Assembly: GCA_965112155.1 (NCBI GenBank)
Contig: OZ218103.1
DNA length: 64,000 nucleotides
From: Podarcis liolepis
Lineage: Eukaryota
Strand: one strand, 5' to 3'
Below, in pieces: positions 39,701 through 52,430 of this stretch. Position numbers and translations under genes: made by a program. The stretch's first letter is position 1. Every line of letters begins with the position of its first letter. The notes beneath the pieces are model-generated. The model was not told the origin of the DNA. It made no database searches and worked only from the letters and a program-made list of their open reading frames with translations.

Positions 39701-41560
39701 CAAAAATAATTGCTGAACTTCTGCACTTGAGTCAGACAAATGCTGGTACATCATGAGCAGTGTGATAGATCTGTTGATATATATTTACAAATAATTTGTT
39801 CTAAGTCCAGATTTAATGCCAGTGCTTAGTGTATTATTCCTCATTTAGGTGAGGTCTATGTTGGTTTTTGCATTGAAGCAGCCCTACTTAAATCAGGGTT
39901 GTCTTGCTGCTTAAAAGTAGTTTTGGCAGCAAGTTTGCAAGTAACTGCTGGGTAATCTTCATGAAGCTGAAGCACGGTAGCATTGTGAGTGAATGTACAA
40001 CCTCTGCTGTTTTTCCAGTATGGAGAGAGATGGATTTTCTTTGCTGGGAGGACAAAACCAGCTTCAGGCTCTCTGCAGTTTTATCTGTCATCCTGTTGCG
40101 AAAAACGCAATAGTGATTTTCTAATGACATCCCTTCTGTGTTTCAGTGTCATAGATTAGAAAGTGTGTGATGTAGAGTAAATAGAATATGCTGGAGTGTT
40201 TTGATGTATCTAATTAATATTTTTGGGTTTAACCTTGAATTAGCTCCCATTAGATCCTCTTGAAAATAGGAAGAAAAAAATCTTTGTATGAAAGTTTGAC
40301 CTGAAATTACCGTCATTATTTTAGATGCAGCATAGCTCTTATTTCCCGAAAAACTTTATACTTGTTGTTAGCCATATTCTTGTAATCACACCCCTCTGTC
40401 GCCAACTCTCCTTTTTTCTAAGAAGCCCTCATTTTGTTAACTAGTTAAAAATTTTGCCAATAAAGAAATGGAGTGCCATTCTATCCTAGTTAGTGGTTAT
40501 ACTAAAACTTACAAAATAAGAGATTGTTGAGCTGCTTGTGTTCTGGGGGGAAAAACAGCTTAGTTAATTCCGAGGCAATTAAAATTTGGCTTACCCAGCC
40601 CTCTGAATACCCAGACTTACTTCTCAGCTACCACCTACCCAGCCCCTTCCCTTAACCATCGGTCCCTCAGCCTGACTTGCTTTGCAAGTATGGCAGGTAG
40701 CAGCAGTGGGCTGTGGAGTTAGGCAGGGAAGAGATTTTGTCATGTCCCCTTTCTGGCCTATGGTGCACTGCACAGCCACAAATAGCTCTGGGGTACAGAG
40801 TTTTCCCAAGGGCTGCTGGAAGGGTGGAATGCTTACCTCCCTTCCTTTCCTTAAAGCTGTAGCTAGCTGCTGCCACCTATATCAACACCATAAAAAGGGC
40901 TGAAGGGGAAGAGGGATGTTGGGGTGCGCATGTCTGTGGGCAGGTTCAAAAGACAGGAGTTGAGAGAAATTTGAATTAAAATTTGATCCAGAGAAGAAGT
41001 TGGGGGTTGCAATCCTTTTTGTAAATGAGCATTACACAATTTGGAGGATGAGACTCCTAAACCTTGTTCTTCCGAGCCAAGAAGTACAAGCTCAGTAAAC
41101 ATAACTTCTTCCAACTTTGGTGTCGTTTTTCATGAAAGTAAGATAATTGATGAAATTTGATTCAAATTCCTGCTGATTCTGAAATCAGATTCCTTAAAAT
41201 GAGTTACTCTTTAAGAATTATAATTGGAGTATGTATTAGTGAAAAATTCCAGGAATCTTGTGTGGTGGTGACTGAATTCACCTGTTTTCTAACATTAAAA
41301 GTGCAACTTGCCTGAAACAGGAAAATAACCATTTAAATCAACATTGCGCATATTTCATAATGCTTTGTCTGGTTTTATTCATCTGTCAATATGGTTGTAT
41401 CCAGACACTGGGCGTTGTACTCTTTTGGTGGTGGGGTGGGGGTAGCGTGTGTGCGTGAGAGAGAGAGATGGCAGTGTTGTGGGCCTGTTTTACACTGGAG
41501 TGGTATGTAGGTATGTATGCTTTAATCTCTGTAATAAAGAAGCTGCTTTTGAGTACTATT
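36750..41560 (+). other. NUDT3: Probable long NUDT3 3' UTR with several AATAAA signals (37580, 38591, 38812, 40459, 41533)
   Basis: About 4.8 kb with no recognisable TE after the stop codon; end point is inferred. Confidence 0.55.
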
Positions 41561-41897
41561 TGCCACTTCTCATGACAACAGATTTTATTAGAACCATTAA
41601 TACATTTTTTCAGTATGATCGTTTGCTAAGAATGAATGTTGAACTGTCCATGTAGTTTGATTGGCATTTTAGTCTTTCACATGTATGTTTGGTAAATAAT
41701 GCAAGTGAGCATTCAACGAATCTTGGTGTAATATCACAGCTACTTGCAAAAGCAAATAACCACCTTGAAGGGGTATACCTTTAAAAAACAAAACAAAACC
41801 CAGACACACCTCCTACCATCAAAACGGTTTCTCCATGGTAGAATTGTGGAGAAATTTCTGTACAGTTCAAGCATGGTTCTCTAATTGTAAATGTAGG

Positions 41898-42033
41898 CAG
41901 GGTTTCCCAAACTTGGGTCTTCTACTGTTTTTGAACTACAACTCCCATCATCCTTAGCTAGCAGGACCAGTGCTCATGAATGATGGGAATTGTAGTCTGA
42001 AAACAGCTGGAGACCTAAATATGGGAAACCCTG
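41898..42033. mobile_element. Foldback hAT-like MITE
   Basis: CAGGGTTTCCCA...TGGGAAACCCTG; inner arms ACTACAACTCCCATCA / TGATGGGAATTGTAGT. Confidence 0.75.
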
Positions 42034-45000
42034 ATTTAGAGGATACCAGTGCTGCTTAAGGCTTGTTAACTTAATGTCTCACATGACCATCAACAGTGGG
42101 GAATGCTTACTTTTGTTTGGCACTCTTTAAGAGGGAGGGGTAGGATCATTTATTTTGGCCTTGTTTGCTATAGTTAAATAGGAAGAGCAGCATGCTGGTG
42201 CACGTTGTTCAAAAGTTACAGTGATGCCAGTTCCCCTGCTTTGAAAAACAAGCCTGAGCCTGGCTTGTTGTGTTGTCAGAACCTGGGCTTGTAGTTTTGG
42301 TTCTCCTCAAATATACCATGAGCGGTAAGTCAGGAACAAACCTTGGTTCCACTTGTGTGTTTGGGGGAATCAATCTGCAGGCACAGGCTTGGATGACATG
42401 GCAAGCCAGACTGGCTTGTTTTGTCAAGTGGGGGAGGAGCTCACTCACATTAAACCATAGGCAAATTGGGCCATTGTCTCAAATTTCCGAATGTTTGTGG
42501 ATCTGTTGAAGAAAAGTTTATTTCCGAACCCTTACATCCTGTGTTTTATCTATTGTCTTTAATTGCTTCCTGTGATGTAGGATGCGATAAAGTACCTGAG
42601 AACCATTCTGCCAAATGTCACCTGTGTCCCCTTTGACATGGCAAGAGGTAGCCTTTTATATTCTCAGTGCTCCACAAAACTCAACTTTACTGAGCAGTAT
42701 AAAAAGAGGGTTTGTACAGTCTGACAATGTTTTTCATGTTTTAATTTGTACTTGCTGGTTCCCCTTTATTTTTGTTAAATGCATAGTAGGAGAGATGGCT
42801 TCTTGAATAGTGACAGACTGCAGCTGAACTTGCAGCTGAATTCTGCCAAGCACTTGTCTCATGTTTGGATATTATATTTTAGTGTGCCCTCTGAGAAATG
42901 AAACTGTCAAAATGGGCAGCTAATTTGAGTATAGCAGGGTGCTGCTATTTTGGGACATGAAGTTCAATAACATATATGTCAAATGGCCCCAAGATGAACT
43001 CTTGCCCCATCCTTAATGTTACTGTCCTCAGCGAGGCACATCGGCTATGAGGCCATTGAGCTCTATGGACCATGTGATGTGTGAATAGAAAGAAATGAAA
43101 CTGAACCTTTAACGGAAGGTTTTTTAAATCATTGTTAATAATTGGAATTTTCCTATCATTAAATTAAAAGAAAGGAATGAATAACTCCTTTGCTGGAGGT
43201 GAGGAAAGTAAACAACATATCTGCTCTGTTTTTGTGCCTGCAAATGTGCATGGCTGCCCAACTGCTCAAGTTTGAGATAGGAATAGCTTCTGTTTTCAGC
43301 ATAGATTTCAGGAGGCTAGGGTTCTACTCCTAGTCCCAGATTTACATTAATTGTGATACTGGGTAGTTCACAACTATGGGCAGGATCCATAGTTACATTA
43401 TCAAGGATATGCATTGTATGCAGAAAGTCCCAGATATAATAGAGACATCTAGTTAAAGGAACTCAAGCCGTGAGACCTCTACCTGAGATCTGTTGCCAGA
43501 ATAGAAAATACTGGGCTAGATGAACCAGTGGTCTGACTCTGTATAATGTATCTTTGTATTTGCTCTAACTCAAAATTTCATATGTATACTTAGCTATCTA
43601 TGAAGTTTGTTCAGTTGATAAAAAGTTGCTAAGTGGGTTTTTTTAGCACATATGTTTGTAAGTACAAGTATTATATTACAAAAACAAGAGCACTTTCTAG
43701 TTTAACACTGGAAGGAATATGGCTTAATACCATCTTTTGTAATAACTTGTGAACACATAAATGCACTTGTTTCCTCTTAAATTACAATTCCTTTTATATG
43801 CTCAGCCTCTCTAACCTCCTTCCCCAATTCAGTGTAAAGGGCAATGTGTATACAATGCATTTATTGGAAATTATAGCAAATAATTCATTAAAACAACTAG
43901 TGTAATATTTACTGGGTGCTAAGGTAATCTTAATTGATCCCTTGAGACCATGGCCCATTTTAATGACCATCGTTGAGGTTGAATAAAGGCTGTGACTGCT
44001 GCTGCTTCAAGCAATGCAATTATTGTTTGTCAAAAATATTTCAGGTTCCTAGCCTGGAGACTGTGGGACCATGGATTTCATTGCTACTATCAGTGGTGAA
44101 AAAAATACTAAAATGTGGGCTGAAATTGGTATGTAGTTAAGTTTTGTAGAGGGATTACCTCTATTACATGCTAATGTATATTACACAGTGTCGTGTATTT
44201 AATGTCACAAACAGTGCACAACGAACACAGTATCAGAATTAACTCGGAATCTTTAAAGATGGAGAATTTTTAAGATTTTAAAATTAAAAATGAAGATATT
44301 AATGAAAATGCATAATGAATCCTACTGTCATAAGCATTGCCTAAAAGCCTAGGATCTGTAACCTGTTTTGTTTTTATTTACCACATAATCTCTAAAAGAC
44401 CATGCACTTCTCTTAAGTGCCCAGCACAGAATGGGAAATGGCATCTGGAATATTTAATAAAATCTTCCCCATCCCTTTCTGTTCTGCAGCTCTTTCTTAT
44501 TACAGGTAAATCCTTTTGGGTATTCAGTGTCAATTGTAATTTGGGAAATAAGTTGATTCTCAACGAAGGTGGTTCAAGAATGATAGCTTTTAATACAAAT
44601 GCGGTATACAATTGGTGGTTAGAGTGTGGCAAAAGAAGGTTTGTGCCTTTCACGTAGCACATTTAGGACCTTTAAGAGTTGGTCAGTGCTTTTGCCAACC
44701 ACATTTCAACCTGTGCATGACACTCACACAAGTACTGTAGATTGGGAACTGTACAGCTGCTTCCCCCTGGTTTACAAAAGAACATATTTTTGCTGGGATA
44801 AGGAAATTTGTCTTGATGCTTTTGCTACACTAAAGAAAACAGCAACATGGTTAGATGAGGGTACTGGCACTGAAGCTGAATTGCTCCAAGTGTTAAAATG
44901 TTTAAATGGTCACAAAATGGTGCAGCAAGAGGAAACATCTCACTCGTTCCATCACAGGTCATTCCCAGAAGGTGCTTGTAACACTTGTGTATCCATGACT

Positions 45001-47278
45001 AACAGTGCTCTTTCTCAGGGAAGAATTGCATGTATCCAAAATATTGTAATGTGCCGATTGAGAAATGAAATGAAAAATCCCTTTACAGAAACAACATCTT
45101 GAGAAAAGGCATGAGAGTTGGGTATGGCAATACAGTTGATTGCACAGAGAGGCCTTTCGTGGTCCCATGCCAATCAAGGTGGAGGGTGACACCAGAGTCA
45201 AAAGTGGGTAGAGCAATGGATGGGACTCTAATCTTGTACCATAAACTACATTGCAGTCATGCATGGAAGTCAGATTTCTGTGCAGACACACACACACGCA
45301 CATAAACCTAAGCGGGCAAACGTCACATTTCAAAAACACATTCCAGCCAGGCAAAGTACAAAGGAGGGCATGGAACTGGGCTGGTGGGAAGTGTGGCATG
45401 GGCAGAGGTTTCCCCCAGGTTTCTTCATCTCTGATCTGTGTGTAGGAAAGCCATCACCTCATTTGGTGTCTTAAAACTGCACTGCATTAGTGCTTTCAAC
45501 AGTTAGAATTTGTACCGATAAAACCTCAAAATAGTTTTGGGTTTAGTTCTTTGTGGTTGTACCTCAGTCACAATGCTTTGTGCTATCTTAAGGACATTTC
45601 ACTTCATGGAAGTAACTCCCATGAATTCATTGGGACACTGCCAAGTAAATGGTCATAGTTTGTGGTGTGTGCATGCACTTGCTGTAAGACTTGGCTTGGA
45701 GTTGTATGTACCCTTTCCACTGTCCATATGGCCATGAGTTATATTTGGCTCCGGCTCCCAGGGGTGTCTGTATACATGCATGCTTATGATGAAATCGATG
45801 TGTGCTGCTGCTGCTTCCAACATTGCAGTGTGTGTAGCACTTCGTAATTTATGAAGCAGTTCTTGCTGAATTCATTACCTTGTGTGCTGTGCTTGAAAAA
45901 ACAGTCTCCAAGCTCAAACAAAGAGTCCGAGAGAAAGGTTAAGGATAAAGGCAAATACAATATGAGGGGAAGCAACTGCACATTGTCAGTAGTTCCTGCC
46001 TGAGACACACAAATAATTTACATGTGTAGGACTAGCACACTGCATTACTGTTGGAATCATGCTGCCTGCCCTGAGGAATATATTGGCTTCAGTATTAGCA
46101 TTCCAGTGATTGGTTTTCAGTAATGGAGATAGGAGTGCCTGGTAAATACCAATGCATATCAGAATAGGAACATGTTAGATGATACTGCTAATACACCAGT
46201 TAGCCTTGGGCTGCATGGGACCCACAGCCGTTTTATTTTTAGCCATCCTGGCTAATAATAATTGATAGGTCTCTTTCCCATTAATTACTTCTCTCCATCA
46301 TAAGTTAGGAGGGGGTGAAACTTGGGACATACAAACTGTGTGTATGTGTGAACTGGGAGAGGTTTTTAAAAAGTCAAAATCCTCTTGGTGATGCTGGTCC
46401 TATTTGAAAGCCAGGTTTTTCGGAGGCAGCACCTTAATAGAACTCTCCCCGTAGGCAAGTGCAAATATTTTCAGTGCCACCAGAGGGCTGACACCTAGTA
46501 CATAAGCTTTCCAGGGAGCATTCCTTGAAATTGATTGCCTTTATTTTTAGCTGTGATTAAATGGGAGGGAAAACCTCAGCTGTAGTTTTCTTCTATATGA
46601 TGATAAATTGTTGATCTCATCCTCCTAGACTTGTTGGGTACTTGGCTGCAGTCCTCACCACCTCTGACTATTGGCCATGCTGACTGGGACTACTGGCAGC
46701 TGGGGGCCAACATCTGCAAAGCCACAAGTCATCCCTCCTCCCTCCCAGCCTTAACGATGGACATCTTCCCTGCTTTTCTTTAAGGGCGCATTTCCTCTGC
46801 AAACCTTCCTCTCCCTGCCCCCCTTTGCAGGTCTATTGACACGCCTTCTGTTGCCCCTTCATGCCATATGCCTTAGGAATGGGGGCAGTCTCCGACCAGG
46901 GCACACGCCCTCTAGGGAGCCTTTTCAGGATCACCAGGAAGGGATGCCTGGCATGTTCCTCCAAACTTGGCTTCGGCTTCCAGCTGGAGAGCAAAGCCGG
47001 GGGAGGCCATCGAGAGGACCGGTGTGGGGAGGAGTTCCTTTGGAGAGAATAGTTAACTGCAAGCTGTGGAACCAGAGTGGGGCGCATCAAGGGAGATCTG
47101 ATTCCACTTAGGAGGTTGGCAAACTGTGTATATGGGCCGGGCGGGCTGAATAATACCTTTTCAGACAGAGCTGCAGCTTCCGCGCCAAGACTTGTTGGCT
47201 CTTGCCTACTTTGTTGCCTGGATGGAGAGCAGAGGCTCTCTGCTGCCCAAACACTGGAGTTGAGAATTGGGTAGAGAC

Positions 47279-47595
47279 TGCAGTGCTGGATTTACGTATA
47301 AGCTAAACAAGCTATAGCTTAGGGCCCCACTCTCTTGGGGGCCCCAAAAAAATTTAAAGGAAAAAAACCTGGATGTACATTTCCAAAATATAAGATAAGT
47401 TCAACAATTACTTTGATAAAATACATATTATGTTAAGTGCAAATGGCTTTAGATACCTGTTAGGTCCATAAATTATAGCATATATTCAACACAAACAACA
47501 GTGACACTTTGTTGTTGACAAAGGACAGCTGGGCATATAAAGGGCCCCATTACCTTCAGTAGCTTAGGGCCTTATCAAACCTAAATCCAGTCCTG
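47279..47595. mobile_element. hAT-like non-autonomous DNA transposon
   Basis: TIR CAGTGCTGGATTTA...TAAATCCAGTCCTG; flanks GTAGAGAC/GTAGAGAG; subterminal TAGCTTAGGGCC repeats. Confidence 0.75.
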
Positions 47596-48667
47596 GTAGA
47601 GAGGCCGCTTACAACTTTAAAGCTGGGCGCAGTGGATCTGGTTTTGATCTGAGCAACGGTGCTACGGGGTGGTTAGTCTTTCCCTTATGTTTTCTGTTTC
47701 CTCGTCTGCCAAGCTATTAGTTACCCCGCTGCACTGGGGCGGGTAGGGGAAGGAGAGAAAGGAAAGAAAAAGATGCAGGCAGCAATGCCATGCAGCTGTC
47801 AGGGCCACCATTGTTGGGGTTTGTGTGTCTGTCCAGCTTGCTAATCTATCACCACGTGCACGTTTATGTGTCTGTCAACACCGCAACGTAGAGAAATGAT
47901 CAAACCTTGCATCACTTCCACGAGGTCTTTGTGGTTTACAGCCTGACTTCTCAGTCAAACGATTAATGGATCTGTGCCCCAAGGTAATTTTCAGTTTAGG
48001 CGGGTTTCCCCACGTATCCAGCACACAGGCACGTATAAATCAAGCGAGGTGGAGGAGGAGAGTGGGAGGGAAACTACTGTAATGTCTACATTGATCATTG
48101 CTACTTTGGAGTGGAACGGGATTACTTCAGGTAGCTCAGCCAAAGATGTTAGGACACCAACCCCTTTCTCCAGAATTCTCTCTCTCTTCCTCAAAAGACT
48201 CTGTGCTGATGTGGGTAGTCCTCTGCACCAGGTTTTCAGGGGCTGTGGCTATTTCCTTAGTGTATCACATTTGTACTAGTGTTAAATATATCATGCAACC
48301 AGGACACCCCACTAAATGACCCTTGGGGTCCCTTCCAACTCCATGGTTTCCTTATATATGAGCCAGCCTTAGCCACATGGATCATGGGTAGGGAACCTCG
48401 GGCCCAGAGTCCAAATGCAGCCCTCCAAGCTTCCTGTAGGTCACATAACTCACCCACCCTGCTCCATATTCCTAGGTGCTTTTGCCTGACTGGAATGCAA
48501 CCTTAAACTGTGACAATGCCTCATGCTTGCCCGAATGGAGAGATTTGTGTTTTGGGGAGGGGGTTGTGACAAACAAGCAAGCAACTAAAATGGACTGGAA
48601 CGGAAAGGAGGGGGAGATGAGGAGGTCATGACTCAAATGTTGTCTACTTTATTGATGTAGAATTAAT

Positions 48668-49135
48668 AGAATCATAGAACTGAAGAGTTGGAAAGAGGAT
48701 CATCTAGTATAACCCTCTGTGATCAGCAGCTGAGGTGGGGTGTTCTCCACCGCTGGGTGTGAGGCGCCTCATAGCCAGAGAGGGTGGGCGGCAGCATTGC
48801 CACCGACTCTCCTGCTCCTCTGCCCTGGGTCATGCCTGTTTGTGCCCCCTCTCAAAATTGCGGCGCCACGGCACCCCCGACGCTACGCCTCTGCCTGCAA
48901 TGCAGGAATCTCAGCTAGATCATACAAGACAGGTGGCCATCCAAGCTTTGCTTAAAAACCTCCAATGAAGGAGAGTCCACCAAGTTATGAGGAAGTCCGT
49001 TCCACTGCCTTAATAGCTTCCTGTCCGAAAGTTCTTCTTGGTCAGAATCTCCTTCCTTATCACTTGAAACCATTGGTTCAGGTCCTACTTTCCAGAGCAG
49101 GAGAAAACAAGCTTGCTGCATCTTCCATGTGACAA
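48668..49135 (-). mobile_element. CR1 LINE 3' end, interrupted at ~48720-48893 by a GC-rich DNA-element fragment
   Basis: Minus-strand QWNGLPHNLVDSPSLEVFKQSLDGHL matches the CR1 ORF2 C-terminus; ATAGAATCATAGAA tail. Confidence 0.8.
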
Positions 49136-51889
49136 CCCACTTGTGTCTGTTTCCCCACTCATAATTGGCACCGACTCTGTAAACCAGTGGCATGATGTGT
49201 CTTCTGGAAAGTTGCCCATAAAGAAATAAGGCCCTTGAGCTAAAAAAATTTTTTTCCTACCCGTTTGTAGACAAAGGATCTCTACACAAATTTTCTGGGA
49301 CACACAGCAGGACCTCCTCCAACTGAGTCAATACTCCTCTGAATAGCAATTGCTGGGAATCACAGGTGGCCAGTGTGCTGTGTGCGCAGGTCCTGCTTGT
49401 GTTGCTTTTCACAGGTATCTGGTTGGTCACTCTGAGAACAGAATGTTGCACTAGATGGGCCCCTGGCCTGATCCAGCTGGCTTTTTTTAATGTTCTTTTG
49501 ACCAGCATGTTCAAACAGAAGGAGATGGCTCTTCATGCATGGTGGTCCTAAACCGTTTAATAAATGCAAGTAATTTGTAACTGAGCAAGCAGGATCCATG
49601 GTTGCCAAGTTAGCATGAACAAGCCCTTTGCGTGTTAACTCCACACTTGACAAATTTTGACTTTCAGCCGCCAAGGAATCTCAGGCTCTTTCACAAGGCA
49701 GAGAACTTCCAAAAGTCCTTTGCTGTGCTGTAGCCTAGAAATCATTAGGGGGTTCACAAATTCACTGGATTTCAGCAAAACTGTTGACTGATTTTACAGA
49801 TAACAACAGCAACACTTTGTTTTCTGCTTTTATAAATGGAAAAATCTCTGTGCATTCTGTAAGTTTGGGCTTGAAGGACAAATGATAAATTTGGGATGAT
49901 TTCTTTGGTGAATTGCCAATGGCTGCAGAAAAGTGAAGTCATTCTTTTGGCAGCAGAACCCTATTTGGGTATCCAAAGTGCTTCTGTCCTCTTGCTACAT
50001 CTATCTTTATTGTCCTGTTGCCATGTACTAGCAATAAAGGCACAGTACTGTAAAATGCTTGTTTTTCCTGAGGATTTCTAAGGAGTTGTATAGAAAACAC
50101 TGAAGGAAAGAAAACCCTATGAGGAAATGTTAGATCTGTGCTAAAAGCATTAGCTGTATGCTCCGAAACAATTGCCAATGAAGTTTTATTCTCCAACGCC
50201 ATTGAGGTCATTGAAAAGATTAGATCTGTTTCCAGTTCCCATGAATGCCTGTTGGAGGTGAGGAATCAACCCTGGTAAACAAAAAGCCAGTGACTGGGCT
50301 AGCACGAATTAGCCTGTGATGTTATATAAACAAGAGGCAGCTCATTTGCCTCCAAAGAAACCATGAGGTATGTTGGGAAGTATTTCCCCCATGTTGCTCT
50401 TTTGGACTATGAACACCAGATGATGTAGCTTCTATCCATGGACATAGGGGGCTGACTATGAACTTCCTGGTTGAATAACAGCAGCCAGTCTTGCCAGCCC
50501 ATAGAATTAACTTATTTTAAAAATGGGAAAGCAAGATGTGTTTCCATTTTAGTTTTGCCCTAGGGGTTGTATACTTCCCTTGTTTCCCTCCTCTTTCAAT
50601 TCTTCCTGTCAAGTACTAATTGCATTTACAATGTCAATTCTTATTATGATTCAATAGTTTTAACATTCTCCCACAGGAGCTGACAGCCTCCGCAACACGC
50701 TGCTGATTGGTGAGCTCACTTGATCCCTCAGCTTGGGCAAGGGAAAAACTTCACTTGGTCTTAAGGGTGTGGGGAGAAAGCCTTTATCACATTAACCTGG
50801 TTGGCAACTGTGCCTGAGATAAGCCACTGAAGTTATTCAAGGTGAATGCAGTTGGCGCTCAAGGAACTGAATGCTGCAACTGGCTAGAAATGTTAGCCAA
50901 GGACAGAATCTGCAGCCTTGTAAGGAGCTTAGATTTATGTTTTTACTGATAATACTTTGATATGACAGTGATAATAACACTGCAAGAAGTACCTGTGGCA
51001 AAGTAGTTGCAGCAGTGTTTGGGTAATGAGAGACACAACTTTTGGGGCTGTTTCTCGGCTCTGTCCAAATGCCGCAACGCTGCAGCTTTGCATTCATAAT
51101 GCTTTGATATGGTGATAGTAATTACGCTGTAAGATGTACTTGTGGCAATGCAGCTGCAGCAAGCTGGGTTATGACAAAGATCACCACAGAAGAAGTGCAA
51201 TGGTCTTGGGCCATTTCTCTTCTCTGTTCCTCTGCTGCAATTCTGCAGCTTCATCATACCTTTCTTTTTCTCCTGGGCTCTGCTCTATTCTCTCTAGTAA
51301 GGGAATTGCTGCTCCATTTCCTCTTTTCATTCTGCTGACACAACATGGGTTTAGTGCCTATGAATGTCACTTCTATGTTTATCAGGCAAGTAGCCATTAT
51401 GACCATGTTGAGGAAAGGTGAAGTGGGTTGTTAGAGAGAGAATGTTGTGGCAATGATTTTTAGGTGTTTAGTGCCATCAGTTCTAAAATGCCATGCTACA
51501 ACCTTATGAAACCCCCGGAAGATTCTTTAAGAATTTGCTTGCACAGCTCCTGCCTGCCTTTTTTGTTTTTTCGTTGGCAGCACTAGGATACTTGACTGCT
51601 CAGGGAAGTTTAATGGATGGTATTCACCTAAGCTTTACTCAGTTTAGACCTATCAAAATTAATGGACCTTAGTCGTGTTCATTAATTTCAGTGGGTCTAC
51701 TCTGAACAAAACTGAATACTACCCAATGCTCCTAAGTAAGCTGCAGTCTTTGGAGGAATGCTGAGCTATGTAACGTTGGTTGTAAGCTATTGAGCTAATG
51801 GATCAGTTGAAATCATAAGTACTTGCTTTGACACCATCTATCTGCAGTCTCGTTTATCATATTTTAGGTGTTGTGAAACAGGATGAAGC

Positions 51890-52430
51890 CCAGGCCAAAT
51901 CCTACTCCCCTGAGGCTCTGAGGATGGAGGAACTACCAAGAGGACCTCCTCAGCACTCAGGAGAGTCTGTAGGAAAGGATATGCTCTTTCAAATATTGGG
52001 GGCCTGAGTCATTTAGGACTCACATTAGTTGTTAATGTGAGCACCATGAATTGGGCTCGGAAACAAATTGACAACCAATGCAGCTGTTTTAAAACGGGTT
52101 ATAAACAGAACCCTAGCCAGTAATCTAGTTGCTGCATTTTGGACCAGCTGAAGTTTCCAAGTCATCTTCAAGGGCAGCCCTACATAGAGAACCTTGCAAT
52201 AATCCAATCTAGAAGTTACTGGAGCACGGAGTGCAATGGCCAAGCTAGTTCTGTCCAAAAGAGGTTGTAGCTGGGGAATCAGCTAGAGCTGAAAAAAGGC
52301 ACTCCTAGCCACCAAGGGCACCCGAGCCTCCAGTGAAGTGTTGAATCAAAGAGCACCCCCAAATTATGAACCTGCTCCTTCCAGGGCAGTGTAACCCCTG
52401 TTCAGGGCAGGATGTGAGAACCTGAGACAC
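51890..52430 (-). mobile_element. L2-clade LINE fragment
   Basis: Minus-strand VTSRLDYCKVLYVGLPLKMTWKLQLVQNAATRLL, an L2 ORF2 C-terminal motif. Confidence 0.8.

Noticed and set aside
44626-45102. 158-codon intergenic open frame
   Set aside because: Non-ATG start, no recognisable motif, no convincing flanking splice sites; about one such frame is expected by chance in 64 kb.
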